DNA of 64,000 nucleotides. Source: Tubiluchus corallicola (lineage: Eukaryota; Animalia; Priapulida). The stretch spans positions 1,364,001 through 1,428,000 of the forward strand of contig JAQGDQ010000001.1 in the NCBI GenBank assembly GCA_030141605.1, in the 5' to 3' direction. The translations under genes were made by a program, and so were the position numbers. How positions within the stretch are numbered: position 1 is the stretch's first letter; every line of letters starts with the position of its first letter. The notes under the pieces are model-generated. The model searched no databases and was not told the origin of the DNA. It saw nothing but the letters and a program-made list of their open reading frames with translations. This document shows, one piece after another, positions 25,901 to 39,100 of this stretch.

Positions 25901-26532
25901 AGTGAAGCAGAATTTTAAGCAAAATTCTGTTTGAGCAACAGAAAACAAAGCATTTTGAAGACCTAGTGAAATGCTAAACTTTTCTAACCTCACAGTTCCA
26001 AGCATAACCAGTTTGCTGAACACAGCAGTGACGTTTTTGTGCATTCAATTCATCACCACAGAAACTCTGATCTTTTACACTTTACAGTCTTAACTTACTA
26101 TATTTTACCATACGTATGATCATTAATCAATGCATATATATATAAAATAAAAGCATTTACATAGGGCCTAAACAAAACAAATTCAGGCACATGAATTGTA
26201 CACAGTCTGCCCAAAAATGTAAATTAAAAAGTTATTTTATTTTATTCCTTGGAAATTTATGCTCAAATGCCACTTAGCCTCCATTTTGTTTTTGAGAAAA
26301 TATAATAGATTATAACCCTAATCAGTGTTATATTCTGTTTTTGTAAAGTCATGTTGTTGTACAAAAAACATTTTGACAAAAGACAAATAAAGAGCATTGA
26401 AACAGAAAAAAATTGTTGTTATTAGCAAAGGAAAGCTAGGACAGAGCAAGTATAGTTATGTTACTGAAGGATTGTTTTTTTTTGTTGAACAATTAGTCAA
26501 CACGACATAACATCACAACATATCATTTATAT

Positions 26533-26618
<86 letters not shown>

Positions 26619-29600
26619 TATATATATATAGTCTGCACTTTATACATTTAAATGACATGTTTGGTTACTGAACTACAAAACAATAGTTAAATTAAGTAAG
26701 CAAAAAATAAGTCTAATGAAGAAAGCATATTACATATACATAACATATAATAAAACAAATTTGAGAATTTGTACACCCATCTTACTTACAATATTTAATA
26801 CGTATAATTGATATATTTGTGTACCATCTGACCATTATTGGACTGGTACCCATATAACAGATACTAAAGACATTTAAAATATAGTGATAGTGAAATCTAC
26901 TCAAAATATATTATAAAAAATAAATAACAATGATAAAAACAGTACTTACTATCAGCTCGAAGAAGGCACTTCTCGGGGCAGATAAGTTGACTTGTGATCG
27001 CACCGCTAACATAAAATCCATCAACTTTGCTTACTTTTTCTGTAGGCAAAAACCTAAATAACACGCTGAAGTTAAAAACAGGATACAGAAAATGTACATT
27101 GGCAGCCTAATACAGATCTTGTACATAATGTATTGTTACTATATGGCAATATTAGCATTCTTTAGTGACACCTTCCAATCTACAATAGCAAGTGGAAAAA
27201 AAACTTACAAAAAAATTTCATTACGGCAAGTAGCAGAAAGTCTTATAACATAAACAGCTGCTTGGTTTGGCAGGCAACGGGCATTTCAAAAATGTTGTGT
27301 ATGTTGAATACAAATTTGAAAACACTTGTGTAAAATGAAAGTAACAAAATAATGCACAAATAGCAATAGAAAATTCCTGAACTCGTTTTCCAGGCAAGTC
27401 ACCTTGTTAGTTTGGTAAACTACTCCTCTAAAACTAGCCAAATTCCTGATAATTATAATTGGCTGAGTTTGCAGAGAGAAAAAATAGGATTAGATTTAGG
27501 TCAAACACTCCAGACACTTATAGCACATCACATTGCGGGAATCTCACAATCTTTCAGAAATGAAATAAACAAGTACTAATGTTTGTAATTGAAAGTTACC
27601 TGATGAAACTGCTTTCTTTTGGCTGTTGTTTAATCTTTATTCTGTTCAAACTCCGAAGTCTCCGCACTAGTGTCCGTTTTAATGCAAGCAGTTCAGCCGT
27701 AGAACTCTCGTTCAAAATTTCCTCGGTGACATTACTCGAGTGCTGAAAATCTGACAACAACTGTTCCAGCTGAACTTTCTGTAATCGCAAAGTATTCTGT
27801 TTTCGTTCCTTAGCTGTTGCTGCCTCTGACAAAAGTTTTTGCCTGTGTACCTCAAGAGCTTTCACGTTGTTATTAATAAAGTCATTTATGGAAGCTGAAA
27901 CTTCCTCAAATTTCTGTTCTAAGTCATTTTCAGATAAGACAATTGTATTCAAGGCTTTTTCGAGAGACTGGATTTGAGGCTTTGTTTGTGCCAAAAGATT
28001 AATGATCACGCTTGTTTGCTTATCGGACACATCGGGAATCAAGCTGCACTTATGATCTCGGTGTTCAGTCATGCAGCAGCTGTGACACAGTGGCTTATCA
28101 CAAGTTTCACAGAAAACAACTACTTGCTCACCTGCATGTTTAGAGCAGTTCAAAGCATTTACAGTGGCAGTGAGTAAATTAGTTGTTTTAAACCTGTCAT
28201 CATGAATGCTCAATACAACATGACCAACTGTTCGTCGCTGTCGCGCATGTGCTTCACGACAAAACGTGCAGAGATTCAATAAACACTCTGTGCACCGATA
28301 TCTAGCCCAGTGTTCACTACTACACAAATCACAAATAATTTTTGATCCACCAGGAGGCGTTTTTTTCAATTTCATTTTTCGATTGTGAGCAACATAGTTT
28401 ACGGGTAATGCCCGAATGCCTTGTTTTGGAATTTCTGTTTGTGAATCACATACGGGGCATAATAACGCTTTGCGGGTGCTTACCGGTGACTGCAGAGAAT
28501 TAGCAGTGTTATTAGCATTGTTAGAATTACCAAACACCAATGGTTCCATATTTTCCAAACAATCAAGGCAAAAAGAATGTAAACAAAACAAAAACCGGGG
28601 ATCAGATATGCTTGTTTTACAAATTTCGCAAACATCTTGCTGAGTAACAGCTGGTGACTGCTGTGGAATGTCATGATTTTCGGAACACTTGGCTTTTGAT
28701 CGACAATCGCAAGTTTTCCTCAATAGAGCAAGCTGAAGAATTGTTTCAGGAACAACCATGCCTTTTAGTTTCTCTTCACTTTTTGGCACAACATCATAGG
28801 TCTTTGTCTTTATTGTCTGTATGTCATTTTTTGTGTCATGTTTCATTTTTCCATTTGGTATAAGATCTTTGTTTCCATAATCTTCAAACAATTTCAGTGG
28901 CTTGACATTACTAACCTGTATTGACTCGCTTCCCAATGAAGAGTTATCTGCATCTTCATTTGTTAAAGTTGTTACATGAGTAGAGTCCGCAAACATTAAC
29001 TTATGTTTTTCCTCACAGATTTCTGTGCCATTACCATCATATTTTAATGTACCACTACAAGTTGCACATGTGTGAGGCAGTTGTGAAGTTACTGGAGCTC
29101 CCTGGCATATGTCATTCTGGCTCTTTGCCCCAAAAACTTTGATTTTGTCATCTGAATTAACATCAGCCTGAGAATTTTTTGCTTGCACACTTTTTATCAA
29201 AAATGGACTTGTAAAAATCTGTTTTACGGGTTGTTCCTTTTGCATTGACGGAGTGCTGCTGCTTATGCTTTCGGAACTTTTTGAAACAGGAATGTGTTTA
29301 TCGTTTTGTGAAGTAGAGGTTGCAGATTCTCCAATGACACCTTTGTTGGTATTAACACAACTATTACTCTGTTTGACTAATGCCCGGGTATTTGCCTCAT
29401 TTGCACAATTTTCATTGTCAGTAACACTTTCCTTTAAAGCAACTGTATTAGTTTTTTTTAGCCTATACTCTACTGAAATATCTTTTCCTTTCAAACTTGA
29501 ATCAACTGGTGTAGATTTTTCCTCTTTCTGAGCCTCCTCCTTTGATGTTACTTTTCGTACTTCAAGTCTTGCATTAAGTGGAACAACACAATCTAGATCA

Positions 29601-29686
29601 CACATTTCTTGCTCATTTTTTGCAATGGTAGTGTTCTGCAGCACACAAGACATTGTTTTTGTTTCTTCTAATGCCTGATTCTCCAT
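16882..29686 (-). CDS. TRIM45: TRIM45-like E3 ubiquitin ligase (RING, B-box1, B-box2, coiled coil, filamin, Cys/His-rich tail), 908 aa, 6 coding exons
   Basis: Exons 29686-27600, 27053-26950, 19470-19338, 18869-18752, 17792-17666 and 17039-16882; all GT-AG and phase-consistent (2727 nt). RING CEIC..CLHSFCLDC..CPVC, B-boxes CDLC..CTEC..CTFC..H and CSKH..CETC..CHSC..EHRDH, filamin DRQDGTY..HIQGSPF, and tail HSGIFHCCSFCSSGG..CACKGKMSGGFKGCGHKHPGHPGRKHWSCCGK matching the TRIM45 C-terminus. Confidence 0.93.
18581..18620. repeat. (TTAAA)n short tandem repeat
   Basis: taaattaaattcaaattaaattaaattaaattaaattcaa. Confidence 0.8.
22302..22751. repeat. Tandem duplication of a ~206-226 bp unit (22302-22507 and 22526-22751); second copy carries a (TC)n/(CCT)n microsatellite
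   Basis: Both units start atgctaatctaagtactataac, share ccaggca.gtttgaaatt.atcgcaa.gcccatgcaca and ttccagttgctcagct, and end tcttcgctaaaatcctttagcaatgctaacca. Confidence 0.9.
26538..26615. repeat. (GT)n microsatellite
   Basis: About 39 perfect units in TRIM45 intron 2. Confidence 0.98.
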
Positions 29687-30490
29687 TTTGCAGCTTAATT
29701 TTTAAAAACCACTCTAAGATATTTAGCTTACTACATCTGAATGTCTGACTTACAGTGTGACAATGCAACTGACAATGACTGCATCATGCCCAGTTAAAAG
29801 TCCTATTTCTGAAATTTTTAAAACAATTACTACAGTCATACCTCAGTTTTCGAATGTCTCAGTACTCGTACAAATCGGTTTTCGACCTGAAATTTTTTTT
29901 TTCATTTTTGCATTATTATATTTCGTTTTAAGTTTTAGTAATACTTTACAGTTCATTTGGTGCTTGAGAATGGATTATTTGCTTTTACATTATTTCTAAT
30001 GGGAATAAATGATTCACTACTCAACCAAATCGGTTTTCAAACACTTTTTAGGAACAAATTATGGTCGAATGACTGTAGTAGCTGAATCTACTATGACTGT
30101 CCTGATCACAACACTCCAGCTGAAATCAAACAAACACTATTATTTTTGCTGGATAGCAATAATATGCAGTCATCTTTAGCAGAATTACAATTCAGCACTA
30201 ATAATAACTAGCAAAACCCATGCAAAAACATTTTTGCTAAAAATCAAACTCGCAATATCCAACAAAGCATCAGTTATGACCAATAACTGATAATCAAGAA
30301 CATTTCGCACAACATCATTATGCAGAAACAATGGATAACGCAATTGGGTATAAGCAATTTTTTTATTTTCTCAGTGTGAAGTTGTAAAGAGTTGGACAAG
30401 ATTCAAAAAGTACACAAAATACCTGCATTATGTACATTAATTTATTAAGTTTTAGTTTTTGAAAAAGTAAATTGTGATTTAAATACTGTT

Positions 30491-32850
30491 TCTGCAGTAC
30501 CCCTCTACCAAATGGCAGGCACTCACATAATTTAAATAAAAGGTACAATATACTGATTCACGTTTTGTAAATTGACCACTTCACAATACTTGACCCTGGT
30601 TGAAATCTGAGCATACTGAATTTTCTCTCTGTAGCTGAGCTATCTCTTTATAGCTGAGCTTCCTCTCTATACCTATGCCTTGCTCAAGAAGGCAAGAAAT
30701 GTTGTGACATTTCCATCATTGTTGATTTACTCAATGACATAATCTTACCTTTCAATCTCAAAGTCATATGGAACCTAGAGTTGAATTCGAATACGATTTA
30801 AAACTATTGACAGATGGTGGTTGAATGGTTGCCGTTGGTAATTTGTTGCAAGGATCGAAGAAATAGTTTGGAGGTGTGTCCATGCAGAGGTCTAGGAGGG
30901 TGCAAAAAAATCATCTTCTTGGAGGATGTTGTTGATGGGGTCAACGGTCTCTGTCCATTGTTTCAGAGTTGATAACGTGAAAGGTCAGCGTTTCCAGTCA
31001 GTCTAATACATCAGTTTTGTGTTTTTTCCAAAGACGCTTTAAGAGTGGAACACTGCAGTGACCAGACTACTGAAGCATACTCGGAAATTGGTCATTCCAC
31101 AGCTTTTTAAAGTGGGATGATTACTGAAGTTTTACTGGATGTAATGCAATATTTGACCATGCCTATGCATTGATTTGCTTGTGAAATGATATTACTAATG
31201 TGGACATTCCACTTTAAATCATTCGTTATTGAGACGTCAAGATCTTTAATAGATGATTTATTCTAATCAGTCTGTCTTTAAGAAAATATTGAGTTTGACT
31301 CTTAGGACAGATATGCAAAAGATGGCTCTTGCTTTTTTTAAGCTCCAATAACCAATGTTCACACCATTTTTCAATATTGTTAAGATCAAATTGTAGCATT
31401 TACCTACAGCTGTCTATCACAGTTGGCTGGTTTCAGGAGATGCTTGCTATATCGGAAAAATTATTTTTTACTCTTCGTGAGTCTACTAGTACTGGCAAGA
31501 TGCTCTTCATAATGTCTTTTCGTTGACAAGATCTAAGATTGAACAAGCTGTGGTGCTCGTGTGTATTCGAACACTAAACAAGTGGGAGTTCTGCCACAGT
31601 CTCCACATATACTGTTTTTTGCTCTGGCTTGTAAATATTATAATTATTAATTGCATCTATTAATATATTAATATGTATTATTAATTAATATATATTAAAC
31701 AGTCCATAGATAAGAAGTATTTCACGGCCAACCTGTATCAGCCTCAGTTCTTTTAGCCGCCTAGATTAACGTGAGTGTGAATAGCCACACAAACCGCAAG
31801 CTCACCACGATCCACCATAATAAGGAAGTAGCCACCGCAATAACTTAACAAAAACGATCATACAAATAAGTCGTGTAGCTTGCCACGGCTAAGCTCCGCG
31901 ATGCCAATATGGGACACTAACTCTTCAGCAAGATACATATCTATGGTTTTCGAATAATAATCTAAAATTCTCATACAGTAGAAATATAAATAATTATATT
32001 ACATGTATTAGAATGACAATATCTTACTGTATTTAATTATAATTACATAACACAATAAGTCCTTCCTTAACGACTCACTTAGCGACGCGTGTTTCACTGC
32101 ACTCAAATTTTATGAAGGAGCCCTGTTAAGAGAAATTACCTTAGTAACAGTTTGTCTTACTTAGCAGTCAGAGGCTGGTAGTGATCATTCATTACTGACC
32201 TTTTGCTAAAATTCTAATGCACTTGCCCCAATGGGAAACTGGGTTACCGCTATAATGGGTTAATTATAGCTGCGTTCATGTACTTCATTTGCATGTATGC
32301 TATAGGAAAAATAACAATGCTAGAAGTATTTTGCAGACATGCATTATTAATTTTTGCATAGCAGGACAACTGAGAGAATTGCATTGCCATGCATTATTAA
32401 TTTTTGTCCTGCAGAGCAACTTAGTGAGCCATCATATGCAGGCCAAACATGATTCATCTGTGTTTGTGGGGAACGCAAATGAATGTTTTTACATTGTTTT
32501 CTATAGAATCCATTGTTTCATATAAGACGCTTCCCTTAATGTCACCCATTTTGCTAGAACACGTTAGGGTCGTTAACAGAGAACCTACTGTAAATTTGCT
32601 ATTAATAAACATTTTTTCCATGTGTAATAGTGGCAGTGAAAAATGGTATGAATAAACCAATGAGAAGTAATTGGGCAAAATTTGTTTAGGGATCCTTGCT
32701 TCTGTAGTACCGGAGTACCAATGGCAGGTATTCACATAATTTAACTGCAAAGTACAATGCACTGAATCATTTTGAATTTGTCCACTTCACAATATTTGAC
32801 ACTGGTTGAAATCTGAATTTATTGAATTTCCTCTCTATAGCTATAGCTGA
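30491..32850. repeat. Pair of ~150-bp diverged direct repeats (30491-30640 and 32701-32850)
   Basis: Shared tctg.agtacc...aatggcagg...tcacataatttaa...gtacaat..actga...ccacttcacaata.ttgac.ctggttgaaatctga...tgaattt.ctctct.tagct. Confidence 0.8.
30690..31405 (-). mobile_element. Decayed CR1-like LINE fragment (RT C-terminal region)
   Basis: Minus-strand peptides LQFDLNNIEKWCEHW, KDLDVSITNDLKWNVHI, RPISEYASVVWS and HGHT, with stops and frameshifts. Confidence 0.8.
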
Positions 32851-33912
32851 AGGATGATAAGTGATAGGGATGAGTATCGAGCAAGTTTTTCTAATCGAAC
32901 GCTATTCGAAACTAAAATTATGGATATGAATAATTCACCACTTGAGCTACAGATGCATTGTTTTACCATTAGAAATTTTGAAATGAAACAGCATGCAACA
33001 GAATTTAGCTGCAATTTCTTTGCACAATTTTAAGATATATTAGTGTATTTACTGCAAAATAAAATCAAGCAGCATGCGTGTTCTTTGTGAGCCTGCCTAC
33101 TGTTAATGATTCAAAAATTTACTCGAAAATCATTAAGTCATTATAATTATGCCCATTGGGAAAGTTGTACACTTACTAACCTTTTTTTATATATTTACCT
33201 TCCAAATCCTCCATTCTTTATGTATATATTTATATTGTATGTCTTGCAGTAATTTTTTTAAATAGCGATTTTTAAGTCTTTTGCTGTTCTATACAGTACG
33301 TGTCATGCACTGAAAACATGTACATGTACTTGTACATGTCATGTTTGGAAAATTGATTATGACAGAAGAACTTCTTGCCTTATCTTTGACCTTTTTAGCT
33401 TCAGTAACGATTTTGACAGTCTGTCATCTGGTCGGTAGCGCATTAGTACAGCGGCCGTAATCATGTTTTGGCAGTTGAAGATTTCCGTTTAATTGGTGAA
33501 TTTTCGTAAGTGCAGATAACGGCATAATTGTTATTATTATGATGTGGTTTTTATTTAAATTTTTAACTTCGTCATTGTGCCTTCATTTATTTGCATAAAA
33601 ATTCTATATATGATATTACCTTTAAATGTGGTCGATTTATGTCGACTGGGAATTCTCCTGTTTCTCTCACACTACTAATGTAACCGAGTCATTTTAATAA
33701 TATAGCTCTACTATTAATAAGTATTATAGTACTAAAGCTGAGTATAGTGTAGAGGTAGTATAGGCCATATATCTTCGTTACCCAATTTTGAAACGCCAAA
33801 TGTTGATCAGTGATAAATAAAAAGTTCCTTTCTATTATCATCTATGGACAAAATTCTCTCAGGTAAAATTTTTACACATTATGCTAGATGCATTGGGTGA
33901 CAGAATACCCTA

Positions 33913-34518
33913 TACCCTCGTACAAATTGACAGGGCCACTGACAGGTTTAACACATTTTTCCTTCCCATCCTTCATGGTATTTTCCAGTCATGAACTGGG
34001 ACTTGCACGTTATCAAATCACCTAAACAGCATTTCTGAAATGAATTTGTATATTGTTACTGTTATTGTATGATGCTACAGTCTATTGGGGTTCTGACAAA
34101 AAGAAGGATGCCAGAGATGCGAAAGATATTCTGTGTTGTTCTGTAGGGAAATTCTGCAAAAATTTCTTGAAAAATGAGAACATTAAAGTTTACTGCCCTG
34201 GCAACTTTTCAGATTTAAAGGTAATTGAAAACTTATGGTTGACTGTCAAGTTGTGCCTGAGAGAGACCGACTGTACCACCAGGCAGAAGCTGATAGATGC
34301 CATCATCCAAATGTGGTACCATAATGCTCACATTTCTGTAAATTGACAAAATTTTGTGGATTCCATGCCAAAACGAGCAGAGAAACTGATAAAGAATCAC
34401 TTCGCCATGTTATATATCTAAAATTATGAGAGTGATTAAAATGAAAGTGTCTTAATTTATAAAAGAAAATGTACATTTTTGTTCATATGCATTGGTTCAA
34501 TTAATTGTCACAAGGGTG
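33913..34518 (+). mobile_element. Internally deleted Tc1-like DNA transposon relic
   Basis: YCPGNFSDLKVIENLW (a degenerate WPxNSPDLNPIENLW), followed by LIDAIIQMWY and NFVDSMPKR. Imperfect TIRs taccctcgtacaaattga and tcaattaattgtcacaagggtg, each flanked by TA. Confidence 0.75.
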
Positions 34519-35011
34519 TATACATTTATCATTAGTCTAACATGAAGGTGTACAGATATATTGGTGAGGATTCAGATACACTTATTTGCCTCATTAACAT
34601 GTGGTGTAACAGCTAAGAGAGAGACAGGTGTTGTAGGATAGCTGACCAATCTTTCTGTGATGTCCCATAAATCAAACTGCCTTTCACAACTAAGAAAGTC
34701 CATCAAATTAATGTTTTTATTATTAGTGGTTCATCACTAACATGATATGTGATGAATTTTCCACACAATTTTATCTCTATCAGTTGTGCAATTATCACAC
34801 CTTAAAAGAAAGTGCTCAGTCATTTCTGATTTTCCACATTGACATCAAGATGACTGAACAACTTTTATCTTTCGTAAATAATTATTCAATCTTGAGTAAT
34901 CATTTTGAAGCTGAAAAGGTCAGCAAGTTCATTACCAACAATATTACAATGACTAGGTATCCATACGATGTTCAAATGTGTCTGCTTATCAGAGCTTTAA
35001 CATAATATTTA

Positions 35012-35115
35012 ATAGGGATGGGAGCAGATCAGATCCAGATTTTCGGATCCGCCGGCTTTCACAGATCTGGATCCAGCTCTGAATTCGGTAAAATAAGTCC
35101 GAATCCACTAACCCT
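35012..35115. mobile_element. Small hAT-type MITE relic
   Basis: TAGGGATG...AACCCTA termini with internal GGATCC/AGATCC repeats. Confidence 0.45.
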
Positions 35116-35599
35116 ACAGTAGGCTGTGGTATCATTTAAGTTATAGATTGAAGAGATGTTTAAGTGACGAACTACTTGCTTGTGCCTGGTTAGGTTAGCA
35201 AATTCTCTCACAAAAACTCAGTTAAGCCTGACTAGACTGTAATTATTTTTAGCTGTGTTATTCTCACTTGGGTTGCAACAACCACAATTCAGATACATGT
35301 AAAAATCTGTATACATACAATCCTGTGTTTTTAAGAAAATTGAATTGTTTGTAATAAGTCTCGCATTCAGCATGTTCAACAGGTCTGATACTTTTTTACT
35401 ACTTGTGCAGAGTAAATATTTTGGTTCTTGGGGTTACTGGAAATGGATATTGTTAGTGTATTATAGTAACAAAGATTAATTTAGGTACTATTTTATTAAA
35501 GGAAAACCGGATGATTGTGTAAACACGTGTTCAGAATAAAGAATGCTCTAAAATATTGAAAACTACAATAGCTTATTTTAAATCAGAGCTTAGATTAAA

Positions 35600-35860
35600 T
35601 AATTATTACCTCGGATACTCAAATTTCGTTAGACTTTCAAAGCTGCGCACGGCTCAGTGAATCTGCTAAGATTGACAGCGGCACCTTTTTGTCACGTGCG
35701 GGTGACCGACAAATAGAAGGCGGTATCGTGATAACCATGATCATGAACTGCTGTGTTAGATTCGTGACATCATGCATTTAAGCAGTACTGTAATGTCTAT
35801 GCAAATGTGCTTGACACGCAAGGAAAGATGCCTGCTGTAAACACAAACTGTAGTTAGTTT
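35600..35860. promoter_or_regulatory. Putative bidirectional promoter for TRIM45 (minus) and the MEGF9-like gene (plus)
   Basis: Locally GC/CpG-richer patch with a GTCACGTG E-box (35691-35698). Minus-strand donor-like GAG|GTAATA near 35609; plus-strand donor-like GTTAGT at 35853 and an acceptor at 36061. The two genes diverge from this region. Confidence 0.45.
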
Positions 35861-36119
35861 CTGACATAAGCAATAGCTGTGTTCGGTTGTCGTTAATTAA
35901 CTTTCTAAGTTAATTATTCAAATATAGGGAACAATTGTTAACGTGTATAAGCAAGAAAATGTGGACAGTAAATTAAAATGAGATTGAATCTAAACAATTG
36001 TCCGGTCTTCCTTTAAAAGGAAATCACTACTTACTATTTAACAAGTATTATTTCTTTTCAGATAATGAAGCCTCCCTTTTTTACCCTGTACAAGATACTC
36101 TGAATGTAATAAGAAAATA

Positions 36120-39100
36120 ATGGGAACTGTAAATAAAACTGCATTTTTGATAGTAACTGCTATCAATTTGTTTACAAGTGGTGAGTTATAAAGATTTTTA
36201 GTGTTATAAATTTTGTTTGGAATACTTTACTTTCAACTTCAAGTTTATTGCCTCAGTTGCTAAAATTTTGTATTATTTTTCATATTACACGTGTTTACTT
36301 TATATTGCCACTTCATTCACACTCATGACTCATGAAAGCTTGTGGCTAATTTTTCATGTTTCTCTGGGTGTGTATTTATAACTACCTAAAGTACTTGCTA
36401 TAATGAAGAATGGATCTTATTTGAGTAGGTCTAGTTCATCTAGTCTAGTAGACTTCTAACTGCATTCACATTGTTGGGAGATGATAGGTACAGTTGTTTG
36501 TCAAGCAGAAATCTTTGTAGTATATTTCAATGTCTCATTCTCGCTTTCATACAACTCTCAAGTTTTGATTTCTTGGGATTTTAGCAGTTGTTATTTTTTT
36601 GTCTTCAAAATTCTTCGATTTTTTTGCAATACTTTTTCTTAAGTATGCACTTGCCTTAATAGTTGTGTGCCAAAATCTTTTTTGCAGTTAATTGCCACCA
36701 AGAAAGTGAGACGGTAATCTGGTATCGTACTGAAAGTTATTTTGTTGCACTGTTGCGTGGTAGATGATTTTCTCAAAAGGAGGAAATAAAAACTTTGGCT
36801 GTGAACTTCTTTCACAAGTCATGTACATGTAATTAAGTAAAATGAAAAACTGATTATAATCGTTCTAACAAAATGTGAATCATAATAATTTGTGCTTGTA
36901 AATCCATTTTAGGGTTTAAAACTGTATGTGACTTACTAATCTGCTAATGACCTTAACACGGAACTTTGATAGATGCGTTAAATTTGTTGCATGGCTCCAT
37001 GTTTTATTTATTTATAATGATAACTTGCCATTACTTTGACTCAATGTTGTCTAACTGTGAGTGTTACAGCTTTTGGACAATTATCTGTTGATATAAACCA
37101 TATTAATTTCTTTGGCTTAAAGATACATCCAAATATGAAATTCAGCACTACTTTTTAGAAAATCCATAAACAACTATTAAATTCTGCTAAGTCATAGGCT
37201 GAGGTTACAGAAGTTTTTCATCACAGAAGTTGTCATTCAGTTTAATATTACAGTAGATTGAATTACCAGATTAATTACTCATTAATAATGCATACAAAAT
37301 TTACTTTTTGTGTTCATATAAATTACATATAAATTATATATCATATACATGTAGGCCACTAAATTAGAAAGCATCTCCACCGAGATTCAAACCCAAAATA
37401 TTTTGCTTTGCTGGGCGTTCGTCATAAAGTTTTTTGACATCTCTGCAGGACGTCACTATCAGGACATAATATACGGTTTTTGTATGAAGCACCATGGGTT
37501 CAAATCTAAGTTTGTATTTTATCTAATATATTAGAGAGATGTGTGATGAGTTAACAGATCTGCAACACTAACACATAACACACGTACACCATTTTCGACA
37601 TGCATCCTAAACACCACATTAACTAACATATGTGTTAACAAGTCTGTCTGTTTTTTTACGTCTTATGTCAGGTTTTTAACATTCTTGATAGCTGGGTTTC
37701 TTGATAGCAATTGTGGATTTTGTGAATCTTTTGAAGTGAAAAATTTGCAGGGAATCTTGCTAAGTTTGGACAACTTGTAGACAATTTAGATGATTATATG
37801 TCTGCTATATTTTAAATGCTTAAACAAGCATGATGTCACCATGTGTTTGTTGCAGTTTTGTTTTGCACACAAAAAGCAACGTGTGCATGTTGTGTGTCCA
37901 CATGTGTGTGCATGCGTGCGTGCGTGTGTGTGTAAAACTAATGACGATGCTGTAAAATTGAACTTTTCCATTACCATGCAATTCTAGATTATGGCAGTAA
38001 CATGAAAAGTAAATTCACTTGCAGTAATTCCATACATTTAGATAAATGCAATATCTGGGTGTTTGAATTGGCAAATTAAGCCTAATAGCTTACATGATTA
38101 TGTCCACATCACTTTAACGTCGAGTCAATATGCTAGCCAAATATAGCTGATTTGGTTTCATATCATTCTGTGATTACTCTAAACTGTAGTTCAGCATCGT
38201 TGGACTTTCTGTAGATGGAAGATGGGTTACATACAAAGAATCTAGCAATTGTTGATTTTTGTGACTTGTCTACAGTGAATGAGGTTGGAATTAATATGCG
38301 TATAGAGGTGTGATGAGTTAACAGATCTGTAACACTAACACATAACACACAACATTTCTGACCGGCAACCTAAATATCATGTTAAGCCTGTGTCAGGGTA
38401 ACAGATAAGTTAACAAGTCTGTCTATTACAGTTTTTTACACCTTATGTCAGGTTTTTAACGTTCTTGGTAGCTGGGTTTCTTGATAGCAATTAAATGCAA
38501 CAAAACATTTTGGAATACAACCCTTAAGGCAAGTGCATTCTTTAGATAAAGTATAACAAAAATCGAAGAACTTAGCCGAAAAAAATAACAATTCCAAAAA
38601 CCCAAAACTTGAGAGTGAGTTTTATGAAAATGAAAATGAGACATCTTAATGTTCAAAGTTTATGATGACGCATGATATATTTTCTTATTATTATACTATA
38701 AAGGTTTTTGCTTGACAATGAATTGTACCTGCCAGCCTGATTAATGTACCCGCATTTAGAATTCGACTGGACTAGATAGACCAGGCCTACTCTAATGAGG
38801 TCCATTCTTCATTCTAGCATATGCATATAGATAGCTACAAGCATAATATAGTCCACCTGTTAACTTTGTTTACCACTAAATCATTTCTTTGGCATTTTTT
38901 TCTGAAGTAAGTAATATATACAGTGGGCGCCGCTTAATAGACTCGCGGTTAATAGACTCAATTGCTTAATTGACTTAAAAATGCTTATAACAGGCTGCTT
39001 CTATTCAAATACACATAAAAACTATCGGTAATTGACTCAAATAACTCCGCATAATTGACTCAATATTTTTCCTTCGCCTACTTAAAGTAAGATATTTGTA

